DNA of 64,000 bases. Origin: Spirochaetia bacterium. GTDB taxonomy: Bacteria; Spirochaetota; Spirochaetia; UBA9216. Location: NCBI GenBank assembly GCA_963677925.2, contig CAXXYH010000004.1, positions 960,001 through 1,024,000 on the forward strand, written 5' to 3'. The position numbers were made by a program, and so were the translations under genes. Within the stretch, counting starts at the first letter, position 1, and every line of letters begins with the position of its first letter. The notes under the pieces were generated by a model, which had not been told where the DNA came from, searched no databases, and saw only the letters and a program-made list of their open reading frames with translations. This document shows, piece by piece, positions 55,484 through 64,000 of this stretch.

Positions 55484-57607
55484 ATGTACGATAATATTGA
55501 TTTCACAGCAACGCCTCTTTATGACCTTTACGGGTCAAACTGTTTCTCAGATGCTGAAATGAGAATTAGACTTCCAAAAAGCATATACAAAGAGGTAAAA
55601 GCGGTTCAGGAGGGTACAAAACCGCTTACACTCGAAGTTGCAGAAGTTGTCGCCAGCGCAATGAAAGACTGGGCAATTGATAAGGGTGCAACTCACTACA
55701 CCCACTGGTTTCAGCCGCTGACAGGCTGGACAGCAGAAAAACACGATTCATTTATCGCACCTCAGCCGGACGGCAAGGTGATGATGGAATTTTCAGGTAA
55801 AGAACTCATCAAGGGTGAACCTGATGCATCAAGTTTTCCCAGCGGAGGACTCAGGGCAACTTTTGAAGCTCGCGGTTACACAGCATGGGATACTACATCT
55901 CCCGCATTTGTGAGAGAAGATGAATCAGGAGTTACTCTTTGTATTCCTACAGCGTTTGTCTCTTACCATGGAGAAGCACTCGATAAGAAAGTGCCTCTTC
56001 TCCGCTCAATGGATGCGCTTAACAAACAGGCTTTAAGAGTTTTAAGTGCTCTCGGCGTTGAAGCCGGAAAGGTTACACCAAGTGTAGGTCCTGAGCAGGA
56101 ATACTTTCTGGTTAAGAAAGATCTTTTTGATAAACGTTCAGACCTCATGCTTGCAGGCAGAACCCTGTTCGGAAAAATGTCTTCAAAGGGTCAGGAAATG
56201 GATGACCACTACTTTGGAGCTATTAAAGAAACAGCTGCTGCATTCATGAAAGAACTGAACTATGAACTGTGGAAACTCGGAATATCAGCAAAAACTCAGC
56301 ATAATGAGGTTGCTCCCAACCAGTTCGAACTTGCTACTATCTATGATTCAGCCAATGTAGCATCCGACAGAAACCAGCTGGTTATGTCAACAATGCAGAA
56401 AGTTGCAGCAAGACATGGTCTTGTTGCGCTTCTTCATGAAAAACCGTTCGCAGGAGTTAACGGTTCCGGTAAACACAATAACTGGTCAATGGCCACTGAT
56501 ACCGGATTAAACCTGCTTGAACCAGGCGACAGCCCGCAGGATAATGCGCAGTTCCTTCTTTTTGTAGCTGCAGTTATCAAAGCGGTTGATGTATATGCTC
56601 CTATTCTCAGAGCCGCGGCATCCAACTCCGGTAACGACCACCGACTTGGAGCTAATGAAGCTCCGCCAGCAATTATTTCAATTTTTCTTGGAGATCAGCT
56701 TGATGCAGTATTATCAAGCCTCGCCGAAGGTAAGCCTCTCGAGACCTCTACCGGAGATAAACTGGAATTAGGAGTTACAAGTATTCCTGATCTGCCCAGG
56801 GACCTGACCGACAGAAACCGGACTTCTCCCTTCGCATTTACAGGAAACAAATTTGAATTCAGAATGGTGCCTTCATCTCTGTCAATTTCAGGACCGAATA
56901 CTGCAATCAATACCGCAGTAGCTGAAATACTTTCAGAGTTTGCAGACAGGCTTGAAGGGGCCGGCGATAAGAATGCGGAAATCGCCGCTATTGTTAAGGA
57001 AACCTACAAGGCACACAAGAAGGTTATCTTTAACGGAAACGGTTATTCCGATGAATGGGTTGTTGAAGCTGAAAAGCGAGGGCTGCCCAATATTAAATCA
57101 ACTATAGAAGCTCTTCCCGTATTTGAAAGCATGGAATCAGTTGAACTTTTTGGAAAGCACGGTGTTTTCTCCAAAGAGGAACTTGAATCACGTGTTGAAA
57201 TATACCTTGAAGTATATGCACAGCAGATTAATGTTGAAGCCAAGCTTATGGTCGATATTGCAGAACGCAAGATTTATCCTGCAGCTGCAGCATATGTTAA
57301 AGAGCTCAGTGAAACCGCACTGGCATTAAAAGAAGTTGTATCCGGAGCTGATCTTTCAGCCTTTACCGGCACTATCAAGAGCATCAGTGAACAGCTTAGC
57401 GGACTTACTGCTAAGTTCTCTGAACTTAAAGCTCTTATCGAAAAAGCAGGGAATGCTGAAGAGGTTGCAGAATCTGCATCAATCTTCAGAAATGAAGTTT
57501 TTGTTAAAATGGGAGAACTCAGAGAGTATGGAGATGCTCTCGAAGGACTTCTTCCGAAAGAAAAATGGCCGTTCCCTGATTATGAGGACCTCCTTTTCAG
57601 GCTTTAG
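55484..57607 (+). CDS. glnA: Glutamine synthetase type III
   Basis: 707 aa; [72 protein letters not shown]. Confidence 0.96.
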   Translation: MYDNIDFTATPLYDLYGSNCFSDAEMRIRLPKSIYKEVKAVQEGTKPLTLEVAEVVASAMKDWAIDKGATHYTHWFQPLTGWTAEKHDSFIAPQPDGKVMMEFSGKELIKGEPDASSFPSGGLRATFEARGYTAWDTTSPAFVREDESGVTLCIPTAFVSYHGEALDKKVPLLRSMDALNKQALRVLSALGVEAGKVTPSVGPEQEYFLVKKDLFDKRSDLMLAGRTLFGKMSSKGQEMDDHYFGAIKETAAAFMKELNYELWKLGISAKTQHNEVAPNQFELATIYDSANVASDRNQLVMSTMQKVAARHGLVALLHEKPFAGVNGSGKHNNWSMATDTGLNLLEPGDSPQDNAQFLLFVAAVIKAVDVYAPILRAAASNSGNDHRLGANEAPPAIISIFLGDQLDAVLSSLAEGKPLETSTGDKLELGVTSIPDLPRDLTDRNRTSPFAFTGNKFEFRMVPSSLSISGPNTAINTAVAEILSEFADRLEGAGDKNAEIAAIVKETYKAHKKVIFNGNGYSDEWVVEAEKRGLPNIKSTIEALPVFESMESVELFGKHGVFSKEELESRVEIYLEVYAQQINVEAKLMVDIAERKIYPAAAAYVKELSETALALKEVVSGADLSAFTGTIKSISEQLSGLTAKFSELKALIEKAGNAEEVAESASIFRNEVFVKMGELREYGDALEGLLPKEKWPFPDYEDLLFRL

Positions 57608-57645
57608 GAACTCTCCTGAGCTGTTGATATCTCCATATTTGTCTT

Positions 57646-57673
57646 GCCGGCGCATTGCGCCGGCTCTTTTTTT
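57646..57673 (+). terminator. Intrinsic terminator after glnA
   Basis: GCCGGCGC-ATT-GCGCCGGC followed by TCTTTTTTT. Confidence 0.88.
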
Positions 57674-57738
57674 ATACACTTGATATACGTATATAGCAGA
57701 TATCATTAGGAAATTTTCGAAATCTCCGCTGGAAAAAT

Positions 57739-57787
57739 TTGACAGGTAATGGAAAAAGGGGTTACAATCTATGCACACGTTTGCATA
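57739..57787 (+). promoter_or_regulatory. sigma70 promoter (TTGACA-N18-TACAAT) with LacI-type operator TATGCACACGTTTGCATA
   Basis: Operator 57770-57787 with central CG lies over the expected +1. Confidence 0.85.
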
Positions 57788-57801
57788 AGGTTGATCGCTA
57801 A

Positions 57802-58821
57802 ATGACTATAAAAGAGCTTGCAAAGATTGCCGGTCTCAGTCATTCGACTGTATCACGGAGTCTTAACGACAGCCCTCTGATTTCAGAGGAAACAAAGCAG
57901 AGGGTAAAAAAACTTGCGCAGCAGTACAACTTTGAACTTAATGCAAACGCCAGGGGTTTAATAACCAACCGTACCGGTACAATCGGAATTATTTTTCCTG
58001 CCTTGAATGATAAGTTCCGTAATCTTCAGTACCTTGGCAGCCTTATGAACAGCCTGCGTTATACAATTGAAGAAGACCAGTACGACAGCATTATCACCTT
58101 TCCGAAGAACCCCAAAACCGGAAGAAGCAATATCAGTAAATTAATCAGGCAGAAAAAAGTGGACGGACTTCTTCTTGTTGTTCAGGATATTGAGAGAGAA
58201 GACTGGAGCAGTCTGCAGGAATCGGGACTTCCCTTTGTTTCTCTCCATTTCAAATGGCAGAATGAACTTCAGCGCGGTATCAACTTTGTGTATCCGGATA
58301 ATTATCGCGGCGGATACCTTGCCACAGAATGCCTTTTAAAGGCCGGGCGCAGGAAAATCATGTGCCTCTCAGAGGTAGGCGGACTCTATGAGTTTGTTGA
58401 AAGGGTAAGAGGCTACAAGACCGCACTCAGTGACTGGGGGATTGAGCCAAAAGAATCGGATATCGGCTACGGGATCAGCGGATTCGACTATGGATACAAT
58501 TATATAATCGAACATTCTGACAGGCTTAGAGATTATGACGGTCTTTTTGCCCAGGCAGATATGATCGCAATCGGAGCGATGGAGGCGATGAAAAGTCTTG
58601 GTGTAAATATTCCGGAAGATATTTCGGTTGTCGGATACGATGATATCGATCTTGATTATTTTTTCCGGCCAAGACTGACGACTATTCATCAGCCAAAGGA
58701 GCGGCATACTGAGATAGCCTGCCGCAGACTTATAGAAATGATTGAGAATCCGGAAGCTGAGGGTCTGGTTCAGGAGGTTATTGAACCGACTCTGCTGATA
58801 CGGGAGTCCTGTGTCCTTTAA
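57802..58821 (+). CDS. LacI family transcriptional regulator
   Basis: TIKELAKIAGLSHSTVSRSLN HTH, N..ARGL hinge, IPEDISVVGYDDI, LTTIHQP. Confidence 0.95.
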   Translation: MTIKELAKIAGLSHSTVSRSLNDSPLISEETKQRVKKLAQQYNFELNANARGLITNRTGTIGIIFPALNDKFRNLQYLGSLMNSLRYTIEEDQYDSIITFPKNPKTGRSNISKLIRQKKVDGLLLVVQDIEREDWSSLQESGLPFVSLHFKWQNELQRGINFVYPDNYRGGYLATECLLKAGRRKIMCLSEVGGLYEFVERVRGYKTALSDWGIEPKESDIGYGISGFDYGYNYIIEHSDRLRDYDGLFAQADMIAIGAMEAMKSLGVNIPEDISVVGYDDIDLDYFFRPRLTTIHQPKERHTEIACRRLIEMIENPEAEGLVQEVIEPTLLIRESCVL

Positions 58822-58834
58822 GGAGTAAAGCTGT

Positions 58835-60547
58835 ATGGGTAATGCACACGTTTGCATAGATAAAAAATGGTGGAAACAAGCGGTCGTTTATCAGATCTAT
58901 CCCCGTAGTTTTTATGATTCAAATGGCGACGGAATAGGTGATCTTAGAGGAATAATCGAAAAGATAGATTATATCAGTTCTCTGGGAATAGATGTTATCT
59001 GGCTGAATCCAGTCTACGAATCGCCGAATGATGACAACGGATATGATATAAGCAACTATTTCGGAATAATGCAGGAATTCGGTACGATGAGTGACTGGGA
59101 GGAGCTTCTTTCTGCTGTCCATGAACATGGGATGAAATTGATCATGGATCTTGTAGTGAATCATACCTCAGATGAACATCAATGGTTTGTTCAGTCCCGA
59201 TCTTCAAGGGAAAACCGCTACCGTGACTACTATATCTGGCATGATGCCGTTGATGGACATGAGCCCAGTGACTGGGGATCGCATTTCTCCGGCTCAGCCT
59301 GGCAGTGGGATGAGCAGACCGGACAATACTATCTGCACCTGTTTACCAGAAAGCAGCCGGACCTGAACTGGGAGAATGAAGCGGTACGCAAAGATGTTTT
59401 TACGATGATGAGGTGGTGGCTGGACAAGGGCATTGACGGGTTCCGGATGGATACTATAAACATGCTTTCAAAGATTCCCGGATTTCCTTCGGTTGAAAAG
59501 AAGTTCGACGGTAAATTCCGCTACGCAGGGAAGTATTTTAATAACGGCCCTAGAATTCATGAGTTTTTGAAGGAAATGAACCGGAAAACCCTGTCGGATT
59601 ACGACATCATGACCGTCGGCGAGTGTCCGGATGTATCCCCCGAAACAGCATTGAAGTATGTCGCACCGGAGGAAAAAGAGCTTAATATGCTATTTCAATT
59701 CGAGCATATGAGCGTGGATTATATAAACGGAAGCAAGTGGGATATGATTCCCTTTGATCTGGTTAAATTTAAATCGGTCATCTCAAAATGGCAGACCGGA
59801 ATGCACGGCAGAGGCTGGAACAGCAACTATCTGATGAACCATGATCAGCCCAGGGCTGTTTCGCGTTATGGAAATGAAGGTCGTTATCGTAAAGAATCTG
59901 CGAAAATGCTGCTTGCTTTTACTCTTACACTCGAAGGAACGCCTTATATTTATCAGGGCGAAGAGATTGGTATGATAAATTCAGGTCTGACTGACATCAG
60001 TCAGTATCGGGATGTAGAAGTTAAAAATCATTATAAAGAAGTTCAGGCTGCCGGAGGTGATACCTCTGCTGCAGTAAAAAGATATATGAAAATGAGCCGG
60101 GATAATGCAAGAACCCCTATGCAGTGGTCCGGTTCTCTCAATGCCGGATTTTCAACCGGGACCCCCTGGATTGAACCCGGTCACAGCTGGAAAGAAATCA
60201 ATGTGGAGAAAGATCTTTCAGAGCCCGACTCTGTAATTGAATTCTTTCGAAAAGCAGTGAGTTTGAGAAAGAAGAATGAAGAGCTGATTTATGGAAGCTA
60301 CGAAATTCTTGCAGAGAAACATTCTGCTATCTTTGCCTATCATAGAAAACTCGAAAAGAACATTTCAACAGTTATCCTTAATTTCAGCACGGAAGAAATC
60401 AGTCTTAATACCGATGAACTGATGCAGTTAAAAACTGCAGCCGAAACCGGTGAACTAATGCTCTGCAACTATAGTGATCTGCTTCCGGATGAAAAAACAG
60501 TGATTAGACCCTTCGAAGTAAGGGTATATAAAAAGATCAATAATTAA
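58835..60547 (+). CDS. GH13 alpha-glucosidase (oligo-1,6-glucosidase subfamily)
   Basis: WWK..VVYQIYPRSF.DSNGDGIGDL, DLVVNHTS, QPDLN, DGFRMD, NHDQPR, RDNARTPMQW. Confidence 0.93.
   Translation: MGNAHVCIDKKWWKQAVVYQIYPRSFYDSNGDGIGDLRGIIEKIDYISSLGIDVIWLNPVYESPNDDNGYDISNYFGIMQEFGTMSDWEELLSAVHEHGMKLIMDLVVNHTSDEHQWFVQSRSSRENRYRDYYIWHDAVDGHEPSDWGSHFSGSAWQWDEQTGQYYLHLFTRKQPDLNWENEAVRKDVFTMMRWWLDKGIDGFRMDTINMLSKIPGFPSVEKKFDGKFRYAGKYFNNGPRIHEFLKEMNRKTLSDYDIMTVGECPDVSPETALKYVAPEEKELNMLFQFEHMSVDYINGSKWDMIPFDLVKFKSVISKWQTGMHGRGWNSNYLMNHDQPRAVSRYGNEGRYRKESAKMLLAFTLTLEGTPYIYQGEEIGMINSGLTDISQYRDVEVKNHYKEVQAAGGDTSAAVKRYMKMSRDNARTPMQWSGSLNAGFSTGTPWIEPGHSWKEINVEKDLSEPDSVIEFFRKAVSLRKKNEELIYGSYEILAEKHSAIFAYHRKLEKNISTVILNFSTEEISLNTDELMQLKTAAETGELMLCNYSDLLPDEKTVIRPFEVRVYKKINN
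58842..58858. promoter_or_regulatory. Second, identical LacI-type operator inside the first codons of the GH13 gene
   Basis: ATGCACACGTTTGCATA, identical to 57771-57787. Confidence 0.8.
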
Positions 60548-60557
60548 GGAGTGACAC

Positions 60558-61904
60558 ATGAAAAAGATGAGAGTTTTATGGACCATCCTGGTGATGCTTT
60601 TGACCGTATCCGGCCTTGTATTTGCCGGCGGTTCACAGGAACCTGCAGAGGAAGCACCGGCTGTCGAGGCTGCAGATGGTGGTATGGTAACACTGAATAT
60701 CGCTACAGGAAGCGTTGGAACAGAATACGAACTGCTTCAGAAACAGATTAAACGGTATGAGGCTTCCCACCCCAATATCAAGATCAATGCTCTTGATACT
60801 CCGGACCTTGCAACTGATAGACTCGGCCTGTACCTGCAGTTTTTTGAGGCAAAGAGTTCCGAGCTTGATATCTACATGATAGATGTTATCTGGCCCGGAG
60901 ATCTGGCCGAGCATTTTGTAGATCTGTATAAGTACGGTGCAAAGGCTCAGGCTTCTGAGCATTTCCCCGCAATTGTAAAAAACAACACTGTTGACGGCAA
61001 ACTGGTTGGAATGCCATGGTTTACCGATGCCGGACTTCTTTACTACAGAAAAGATCTGCTTGAAAAATATGGTTACAATAATCCTCCTGCAACCTGGGAT
61101 GAACTGACGGCAATGTCCAAAAAAATTCAGGATGGTGAAAGAAAAGCCGGTAACCAGGATTTCTGGGGATATGTATGGCAGGGTAACGCATATGAAGGAC
61201 TTACCTGCGACGCTCTTGAATGGGTTTATTCAAACGGCGGAGGCACTATAGTAAGCGCCGACAAGAAGATTACAATCAACAATCCGGCTGCGGTTGAAGC
61301 AATTGAAATGGCGGCTTCATGGGTAGGTACAATATCACCTGCAGGCGTTACCGGCTTCGGTGAAGAAGATTCCCGTGCGGTATGGCAGGCCGGAAACGCA
61401 GCATTTATGAGAAACTGGCCCTACGCATACGGACTGGGAAATGCCGATGATTCAGTAATAAAAGGCAAGTTTGATGTTGTACCCCTTCCAAGCGGAAAAT
61501 CAGGCCATGGCGCTGCAGCACTCGGCGGATGGCAGCTGGGTGTAAGCAAGTATTCAAAGAATCCTCAGGCTGCTGTTGATTTCCTCCTCTGGCTCACCGG
61601 GAAGGAAGAGCAGAAATTCAAGGCTATCGAAGGCAGCAACAATCCAACCTTCAAGGCTGTATATGATGATCCTGAACTTGAGCAGAAGATGCCATTTATG
61701 ATCAAGCTTTACGATGTATTTATGAACGCAGCAGCAAGACCATCAACTGCAACAGCACCGAAATATAATGAAACTTCAGTTGCGTTTTTTACCGCAGTAC
61801 ATTCAGTGCTGACAGGTGAAATGGATGCTGCAACTGCTCTGGAAGAGCTTGAACTTGATCTTGAGGATCTGCTCGGTTATCCGACGGGAGCTCCTCAGAA
61901 ATAA
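60558..61904 (+). CDS. Sugar ABC transporter substrate-binding protein (trehalose/maltose-like)
   Basis: FAGGSQE signal; DVIWPG, PWFTDAGLLYYRKDLL, WQGNAYEGLTCDALEW, FMRNWPYAY, LGGWQL. Confidence 0.9.
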   Translation: MKKMRVLWTILVMLLTVSGLVFAGGSQEPAEEAPAVEAADGGMVTLNIATGSVGTEYELLQKQIKRYEASHPNIKINALDTPDLATDRLGLYLQFFEAKSSELDIYMIDVIWPGDLAEHFVDLYKYGAKAQASEHFPAIVKNNTVDGKLVGMPWFTDAGLLYYRKDLLEKYGYNNPPATWDELTAMSKKIQDGERKAGNQDFWGYVWQGNAYEGLTCDALEWVYSNGGGTIVSADKKITINNPAAVEAIEMAASWVGTISPAGVTGFGEEDSRAVWQAGNAAFMRNWPYAYGLGNADDSVIKGKFDVVPLPSGKSGHGAAALGGWQLGVSKYSKNPQAAVDFLLWLTGKEEQKFKAIEGSNNPTFKAVYDDPELEQKMPFMIKLYDVFMNAAARPSTATAPKYNETSVAFFTAVHSVLTGEMDAATALEELELDLEDLLGYPTGAPQK

Positions 61905-61941
61905 AACATTTCCAATACCCTGAATCGGGGCCATTAAAATT

Positions 61942-61970
61942 TCCGGCGGAGGAGCTGATCTTCCGCCGGA
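61942..61970 (+). other. Intercistronic GC stem-loop (likely mRNA-stabilising or attenuating element after the SBP gene)
   Basis: TCCGGCGGA-N11-TCCGCCGGA between SBP and permease. Confidence 0.65.
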
Positions 61971-61990
61971 TAAATTTTCAGGAGAATGGA

Positions 61991-63049
61991 ATGAAAAACA
62001 TGATTAATAAACAGTCAGCCCTTTCGCGCAATGAGGCCAGACTCGCCATAATGCTTCTGGTGCCGACCTTCCTTGTTCTTATTGTAATAGCCTTTTATCC
62101 TCTAGGTTCTGTCTTTGTTACAAGTATGACTAATCGGGTTTTTGCCAGTTCTGAAGAGCAGAATTTTGTCGGTGTACAGAATTATAGAAAACTGATGAGC
62201 ATAACGGTAAAGGTCCTTCCCCGGGTGATTGATGAAAAAACCGGTGAAGAAGTATTTGAACGCCCTGTCAGAGTCCTGCCAAGGGAGCCTTTCAGATACA
62301 AGGAGTTAAAACAGTTCAATTTTCTGGGGAAACGTTATGTTATTGGAGCAACTGACAGGGAATTTGTCCGCTCGGTTACTGATACCCTGACATTTACTGT
62401 TGCATCAGTTCTTATCGAAACAATTCTGGGGCTGGTAGTAGCTCTTGTGCTGAATATGAAATTTAAAGGACGCGGGATTATGCGGGCTGTGATGCTTATC
62501 CCCTGGGCTATACCGACAGCTGTTTCCTCAAGAATTTGGGAGTGGATGTTCGCTTCATCAAGAATCGGTTTTTTCAATGTCCTTTTTCAGTCTCTTGGCT
62601 GGTCTGACGGGCAGTTTGCCTTTATTACAAATTCTGCCAGTCAGCTCTGGGTTATGGTTGCTATTGATGTCTGGAAAACAACCCCCTTCATGGCCCTTTT
62701 AATTCTGGCCGGACTGCAGCTTATGCCGGGACAGATGTATGAAGCGGCAAGAGTGGACGGAGCCGGTAAAATCAGGCAGTTTTTTACACTGACGCTGCCG
62801 TTGCTCAGGCCTACACTGGCGGTTGCCCTGATATTCAGAACCCTTGATGCTCTTCGGGTTTTTGACCTCTTCCAGATTGTGCTTGCCCAGAAAAGATACT
62901 CGATGGCAAGTTTTACCTACTACCAGCTGATTGATAACCAGGCTATGGGATACTCATCAGCCTCGAGTGTTATCATTTTTACAATAATTCTGATATTTAC
63001 CGTTATTTATATAAAAATGGTCGGTGGAGTAGGGGGCAGCAATGACTAG
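61991..63049 (+). CDS. Sugar ABC transporter permease (MalF/ThuF-like)
   Basis: FVG..NY, LIPWAIPT, DVWKTTPFMAL..LAGLQ, YEAARVDGA (EAA loop). Confidence 0.92.
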   Translation: MKNMINKQSALSRNEARLAIMLLVPTFLVLIVIAFYPLGSVFVTSMTNRVFASSEEQNFVGVQNYRKLMSITVKVLPRVIDEKTGEEVFERPVRVLPREPFRYKELKQFNFLGKRYVIGATDREFVRSVTDTLTFTVASVLIETILGLVVALVLNMKFKGRGIMRAVMLIPWAIPTAVSSRIWEWMFASSRIGFFNVLFQSLGWSDGQFAFITNSASQLWVMVAIDVWKTTPFMALLILAGLQLMPGQMYEAARVDGAGKIRQFFTLTLPLLRPTLAVALIFRTLDALRVFDLFQIVLAQKRYSMASFTYYQLIDNQAMGYSSASSVIIFTIILIFTVIYIKMVGGVGGSND

Positions 63050-63908
63050 TAAAGCCGGAAAAATAACCGGAAAGGTTCTTTTCTATATTCTGCTGATATT
63101 TATTTTTATTGAGATGATCTTCCCTTTCTACTGGGCGGTGATCTCCTCGTTCAAGACTGAAGCTCAGTTGATGATGACACCTGCAACAATGCTCCCGCGA
63201 GATCCGGAAACTCTCAGGTTTTCAATGACCTTTCAGAACTTCAGAGCTGTATTCGGTAATAAAGCATTCTTGCGCGGACTTGGAAACAGTGCTGTTGTTG
63301 CAGTTTCAGTAACTGTGCTGTCGCTGTGCTTCGGTTCATTTGCAGCCTTTGCCTTCGGCAAGCTTCGTTTCAGATTCAAGAATGCATCACTTTATGTAAT
63401 TCTTGCTATGACAATGTTTCCGCAGGTTTCGGTTCTTACAGGGCTGTATGCAGTAGTCAGGGCTTTGAATATATCTGCTGTTCCCGGGATGATTTTCACT
63501 TATCTGCTTTTCACATTACCCTTTACTGTATGGGTGCTGACGAACTTCTTCCGCGGCCTTCCTGATTCACTTCTGCAGGCTGCACAGGTTGACGGGGCAA
63601 CCCCATTTCAGAGCTTTTTTAAAATACTGCTGCCCCTTACAGCTCCGGCTCTTGTTACAACCGGACTTCTGGCATTTATTCAGGCCTGGAATGAATACCT
63701 CTTTGCGCTTACCTTTACTTCTTTTGAGCCTGAGTCAAGAACAGTGCCTGTTGTAATAGCTCTTTTTTCGGGTGAGGTTGCCTACCAGCAGCCCTTCGGT
63801 GAAATAATGGCCGCAGCAATACTGGTGACAATTCCGCTGCTTGTTCTGGTTTTTATTTTCCAGAAAAAGATTGTGGAAGGACTCACATCGGGGGCTGTAA
63901 AGGGATAG
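63042..63908 (+). CDS. Sugar ABC transporter permease (MalG/ThuG-like)
   Basis: FPFYW...SSFK, AA.VDGA, AWNEYLFAL, FQKKIVEGLTSGAVKG. Confidence 0.92.
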   Translation: MTSKAGKITGKVLFYILLIFIFIEMIFPFYWAVISSFKTEAQLMMTPATMLPRDPETLRFSMTFQNFRAVFGNKAFLRGLGNSAVVAVSVTVLSLCFGSFAAFAFGKLRFRFKNASLYVILAMTMFPQVSVLTGLYAVVRALNISAVPGMIFTYLLFTLPFTVWVLTNFFRGLPDSLLQAAQVDGATPFQSFFKILLPLTAPALVTTGLLAFIQAWNEYLFALTFTSFEPESRTVPVVIALFSGEVAYQQPFGEIMAAAILVTIPLLVLVFIFQKKIVEGLTSGAVKG

Positions 63909-63910
63909 AA

Positions 63911-64000
63911 ATGAAAAGCGGAACAGACCGAATATCCGGCTTCCCTGTGGAGCCCTGGAAAATAACTGAAACAGAATATATTCCGGAAGCGCTTGAGAAA
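63911..64000 (+). CDS. 5' fragment of the next operon gene, possibly GH65 (maltose/trehalose phosphorylase family)
   Basis: MKSGTDRISGFPVEPWKITETEYIPEALEK...; 'EPWKI.E..Y' resembles GH65 N-termini and fits the operon; only 30 codons visible. Confidence 0.5.
   Translation, partial: MKSGTDRISGFPVEPWKITETEYIPEALEK

Noticed and set aside
1-64000. tRNA/rRNA genes, IS elements, integrases, phage or defence genes
   Set aside because: None recognised; nearly all sequence is accounted for by the listed CDSs and intergenic gaps are short

Overview
A gene-dense bacterial window, very probably from a Spirochaetales genome (solute-binding proteins begin with the typical '...FAGGSQE' pattern and there are several lipoproteins). 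I saw no rRNA, tRNA, CRISPR array, IS element or prophage. In order, it carries: (1) the end of a TRAP transporter operon and small catabolic genes; (2) a 13-kb gene for a ~4350-aa repetitive surface protein ending in a FlgD-Ig/T9SS-CTD-like domain; (3) lipoproteins, a GT2 and galU; (4) a variant Pel exopolysaccharide locus, with pelDEFG divergent from a CBM-TPR-beta-barrel export candidate and no pelA/pelC in the window; (5) a DUF2089 operon; (6) znuACB headed by a small ribbon-helix-helix/Cys-His regulator rather than Zur; (7) a Cache histidine kinase, an unannotated 53-aa ORF and a GmhB-Sua5 fusion; (8) a nitrogen-assimilation island (gltBD, NrpR-like repressor, NifA-like sigma54 activator, amtB-glnK-glnA type III) with candidate operators readable in the DNA; (9) a LacI-controlled alpha-glucoside utilisation operon. 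The strongest candidates for undescribed biology are the rewired Pel system, the RHH zinc-uptake regulator with its tandem operator, and the dual NrpR/NifA-like nitrogen circuit. All family calls come from recognising motifs by eye; no database searches were run.
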